Assembly (NCBI RefSeq): GCF_000014265.1
Contig: NC_008312.1
Span: 2,730,001-2,762,000 of the forward strand
DNA length: 32,000 bases
From: Trichodesmium erythraeum IMS101
GTDB taxonomy: Bacteria; Cyanobacteriota; Cyanobacteriia; Cyanobacteriales; Microcoleaceae
Direction of reading: 5' to 3'
Position 1 is the stretch's first letter; each line of letters starts with the position of its first letter. Below are positions 28,812 to 32,000 of the stretch, piece after piece. The position numbers were made by a program, and so were the translations under genes. The notes under the pieces were generated by a model. It was not told the DNA's origin, made no database searches, and was given only the letters and a program-made list of their open reading frames with translations.

Positions 28812-29264
28812 TTAGTTTAAACTCAGCCACTTTTGAGCATTTAAACGTTGAGTTACACCGAACACCAATAACTTCAGAGTAATTTTACGTTCATCAATTA
28901 AAAAAGGTTCTAAGGTAGCCGGTTTAGATCCATTATCAGCACAAGAGAAAGCTCTAGGGCCTTTAATATCCTTTTTGGGAAAATAGATATTGAACTGACG
29001 CTGGCCTTTTTTAAACTTACCCACAACTTGCCAACATTCTTCAGATGAACTAAAGCCTATCATAGGTAATTTTTCCTTGACTAGGCTGAGATCAAGATCA
29101 TCAATACCTTGCTCAAGAAGAGCTTTTTGTAAAGCTGGCAAATAATCTTGCTGCACAAACTCAGCAAAAGGCTTACTTTCGACAGCAGGGGGCTTTTCTG
29201 GTTTGACCTTACCTCCTGCAGGCTTAGTTTCAGTTTTTTTAGCTTTTTGTTGTTCTTCTGGCAT
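28812..29264 (-). CDS. conserved cyanobacterial protein (DUF2996-like)
   Basis: Lys/Pro-rich N-terminus, then KPFAEFVQQDYLPALQKALLEQGIDDLDLSL. I recall this motif from DUF2996, but the family label is from memory. Confidence 0.6.
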   Translation of the reverse strand: MPEEQQKAKKTETKPAGGKVKPEKPPAVESKPFAEFVQQDYLPALQKALLEQGIDDLDLSLVKEKLPMIGFSSSEECWQVVGKFKKGQRQFNIYFPKKDIKGPRAFSCADNGSKPATLEPFLIDERKITLKLLVFGVTQRLNAQKWLSLN

Positions 29265-29278
29265 AAATGCTTCCTTGC

Positions 29279-30169
29279 TTAAATTTCTGCATAAGCTCGT
29301 TCTACTAGACGACGAGCCAGGGTTTGAACTCCTGTATGTTCATAATAATTGGTACTCATATCTAAGAATGCAGCCAAATAGTCCAATTTATCATCGCTAA
29401 ATTCTACGAAACCTTGCAAGCTATTGGCCACGTTTCCTGGTGTAATACCCCGATCACTGACAAAATCTCCCATCCAACTAGAAACAGAACCAAAAGCTTC
29501 CCCAATAAAACCTAACTTACTATCTTTATCATCCCCTGGAATAGCTTCTTCAATTCCCCGGAAGCCTTCGTTTTCTTCTAAGTCCGAGGTAGAAAGTCCT
29601 TCTATCCAGTTAGCGGCGGAATGTAGGAAATCTGGCCCTAAAGGAATTAAACCATCAAAACAAATTAAGGCTGCTAAACGCATTAAAGATTCTCCACTAT
29701 AATCTCCTAGAGCGCCGACAAAATCACCAATACTATCTCCGGGAATGCCATTGATGGAACAAAAACCTAATAGTTCTGCAACTATTTTGAGAGATAAATC
29801 AATAGTTTGGGCTTTTCCTGGTTTAGGAGTAAGGCTAGTTAACAAACCTCCGATCAGAGGTATTTTACCTCCAACCATATTAGCTAAAGAAGCGGTACCT
29901 AAAGCACGACCTGCTCCACTAACAGTTTGATAAAGCCATAAGGCCCGTTGATATCCTTGAGCTTTATCATTGAAGAGAATTACAGCTCGATCGCCTATTT
30001 GCTGAATTAGGTCTTCGTCATCTTCTCCTGTTACAGTGCGGATAGTATTTTCAAATCCTACCAAGTTATCCCACTCTCCTGGAACAATGAAGTCTAAAGC
30101 ACGTAAAGCTTTAATTGTAATATTGTCACTGGGCAGTTCATCTACTAATTCAAAGATGGGCTTACTCAT
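29279..30169 (-). CDS. conserved hypothetical protein, acidic, 296 aa
   Basis: Long ORF with non-repetitive composition. Its stop is 14 nt upstream of the next minus-strand gene. No domain recognised. Confidence 0.7.
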   Translation of the reverse strand: MSKPIFELVDELPSDNITIKALRALDFIVPGEWDNLVGFENTIRTVTGEDDEDLIQQIGDRAVILFNDKAQGYQRALWLYQTVSGAGRALGTASLANMVGGKIPLIGGLLTSLTPKPGKAQTIDLSLKIVAELLGFCSINGIPGDSIGDFVGALGDYSGESLMRLAALICFDGLIPLGPDFLHSAANWIEGLSTSDLEENEGFRGIEEAIPGDDKDSKLGFIGEAFGSVSSWMGDFVSDRGITPGNVANSLQGFVEFSDDKLDYLAAFLDMSTNYYEHTGVQTLARRLVERAYAEI

Positions 30170-30185
30170 TTAAGGCTCCTTAATT

Positions 30186-30213
30186 TCAGTTATCGTTGAT
30201 CAGTTATCAGTAA
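30186..30213 (+). repeat. TCAGTTA-type heptamer array (4 units)
   Basis: tcagtta tcgttga tcagtta tcagtaa. The AACTTTT family occurs nearby in reverse orientation (30295-30310). Confidence 0.7.
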
Positions 30214-30355
30214 CTCTGGCTAACACCGGAGGTTTTAAGTCTGAAATTTCCTTTTTTTATCCTCTTGGAAGGAGAGGTTGTTGACTTTTTTTTAAGGTAA
30301 AAGTTAAAAGTGAATAGAGGTAGACACTTTTTTTCGAGTGTTGGGATAGGATTTT

Positions 30356-30865
30356 TTATTTGAGACTAGCCAGACCTCTTAGGTTAAATTTTTTTAGCCA
30401 TGCTTCGCGATCATTTGCAGTAAATGAGGGGTCTTTTGATTGAGCTTTTACCTGAAAACGGTTATCTACTAATACTGCAGTAGTTTTTGTACCTTGCTCA
30501 ACTGCTGGATATCCTCCTATTTTTTGGCTACTATTTTGGAATTTTTTGGCAGCAGTGGAGGAAGCAGAAATATCATTGATAGACATAACTGCTACTTCTT
30601 TACCATCTTTTTTCAGACTTGCTTGAGCAAAACCTTTCTTCTCTTGAGCATAGTTTAGTTTATATCCACCACTTGATGATGGGAAGTACTTGTTTAGACT
30701 ACCACCTGATACTTGTTTGGCTTTAGAAGGACGTTCTGTTTTGCTTTGTTGTTGGGCCTGGTCAAAACGACTAGGTTGTTTAGCTCCACCACAAGCAGAT
30801 GTAAACAATAATAAGCAGAGCAATATTGGAGCTAGTAACTTCCGGGCATCACGGCTGAGTATCAT
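30356..30865 (-). CDS. hypothetical lipoprotein
   Basis: Signal peptide with lipobox FTSAC, followed by a Ser/Lys/Gln-rich mature part. 169 aa. Confidence 0.65.
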   Translation of the reverse strand: MILSRDARKLLAPILLCLLLFTSACGGAKQPSRFDQAQQQSKTERPSKAKQVSGGSLNKYFPSSSGGYKLNYAQEKKGFAQASLKKDGKEVAVMSINDISASSTAAKKFQNSSQKIGGYPAVEQGTKTTAVLVDNRFQVKAQSKDPSFTANDREAWLKKFNLRGLASLK

Positions 30866-31098
30866 TTTTATTTCTCCTCAATTTTTTAGATGTCTCCTAC
30901 CAATTTTTTCTTAAAATTGTGCAATTTGTGTTTACTTAATTTTTTCTGATAACTTAAGAAATTATATCTATTAACGGTATACTCAATTCAGTTAAGTAGG
31001 CCTTGCAGAATTCATTATACATACTTTCAAGCATAAAAGTATATATTCTCTGTTATTTGGAAATATATAATAGTCATTAATTTTCCCTAGCCACTTAG

Positions 31099-31119
31099 TC
31101 AGTTATCAGTTATGAGTAT
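31099..31119 (+). repeat. TCAGTTA-type heptamer array (3 units)
   Basis: tcagtta tcagtta tgagtat. Confidence 0.7.
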
Positions 31120-31256
31120 TCCTGTAATAGAGATGCAAAAAAATAGGAAATCTTTTTATTTCTTAAGAAAAATTAAACCTTTTTTTATACCAAATTTAAA
31201 AAAGATAGTTACAGTATTTGGCATCAAAACTCAGGAATAGGTAAAATCAATAAATT

Positions 31257-32000
31257 ATGGTAGGTAAAATATCTCAAGCTGATAAAAGAAAGGAAGTTAT
31301 TAGAACTCTAGAATCTGCTTATCCAATATCAACTGAAAAAGCAAATTTAGCAATTCTAGGTGTAGGTGCATGGGGTTCTGCTTTAGCAGGATTAGTAAGT
31401 CATAATCAACATAAAATATCTTTATGGTCTCGTAACTTAAATATCAGTTTAGAACAGGTAATAAAAGATGTTGATATGATAGTTTCGGCAATTTCTATGA
31501 AAGGAGTTAATGAAACTATTGAGAAAATTCAAAAGATTGGTTTACCAAAAAAAGTAATTATTATTACTGCTACAAAAGGATTAGATCCAGAAACAACTTG
31601 TACTCCTTCTCAGATTTGGGAAGCTAATTTTCCAAATAATCCTGTGGTAGTTTTATCCGGTCCTAATTTATCAAAAGAAATTGATGATAAATTACCAGCA
31701 GCAACAGTAGTTGCTAGTAAAAATATAGAAGCAGTAACGGCGGTACAAAATATTTTTGCTTCTGGTTTATTTCGAGTTTATAGTAGTTCCGATCCAATAG
31801 GTACAGAGTTAGGTGGAACTTTAAAAAATGTCATTGCTATTGCTAGTGGAGTTTGTGATGGTTTGGAACTTGGTACTAATGCTAAATCAGCTTTATTAAC
31901 TCGTGCTTTGACAGAAATTATTCGTATTGGTACTCATTTAGGCGGAAAAACTGAAACCTTTTTTGGGTTATCTGGTTTGGGAGATATGTTGGCAACTTGT
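31257..32000 (+). CDS. gpsA: NAD(P)H-dependent glycerol-3-phosphate dehydrogenase, N-terminal 248 codons (runs off the window)
   Basis: Not in the ORF track because it has no stop. My translation from the ATG at 31257: ...ILGVGAWGSALA..., VLSGPNLSKEI, GTLKNVIAIASGVCDGL, GLSGLGDMLATC. These are classic GpsA motifs. Confidence 0.9.
   Translation, partial: MVGKISQADKRKEVIRTLESAYPISTEKANLAILGVGAWGSALAGLVSHNQHKISLWSRNLNISLEQVIKDVDMIVSAISMKGVNETIEKIQKIGLPKKVIIITATKGLDPETTCTPSQIWEANFPNNPVVVLSGPNLSKEIDDKLPAATVVASKNIEAVTAVQNIFASGLFRVYSSSDPIGTELGGTLKNVIAIASGVCDGLELGTNAKSALLTRALTEIIRIGTHLGGKTETFFGLSGLGDMLATC

Overview
Cyanobacterial chromosomal window. Evidence: at least 12 exact HIP1 octamers (GCGATCGC), plus petC-petA, psbQ and tocopherol cyclase. 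It is very AT-rich and has low coding density. The 22 CDS I can support cover about 18.4 kb (~58%). The rest is eight ORF-free deserts of 0.8-2.1 kb plus smaller spacers. That combination is known for Trichodesmium-type genomes, which is my best guess for the source (inference, not proven). The genes are a patchwork of unrelated housekeeping and photosynthesis functions: a divergent Amt ammonium transporter, a TetR regulator, TspO, a HAL2-type 3'(2'),5'-bisphosphate nucleotidase and a DAO-family FAD oxidoreductase; CyanoQ (psbQ), an SDR, a patatin-like lipase and two alpha/beta hydrolases; petC-petA, DUF3067, tocopherol cyclase and an LptC-like lipoprotein; a NYN/LabA-like protein, metG, three conserved unknowns and a partial gpsA. 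I do not see a convincing new multi-gene system. There is no CRISPR array, reverse transcriptase, intact transposase, defence-type gene pair, rRNA or tRNA. The unusual material is non-coding or decayed: (i) the deserts themselves; (ii) a GC-rich, strand-skewed structured island at 18620-18693; (iii) ~100-nt elements with perfect 14-17 bp terminal inverted repeats; (iv) inverted copies of a short element bracketing the FAD oxidoreductase gene; (v) composite heptamer-repeat modules dispersed over the window; (vi) a 2 x 69-nt tandem repeat next to a possible transposase relic; (vii) a decayed PD-(D/E)XK-like gene; (viii) a structured 348-nt petC-petA spacer. All family assignments come from motifs I recognise by eye; no searches were run.
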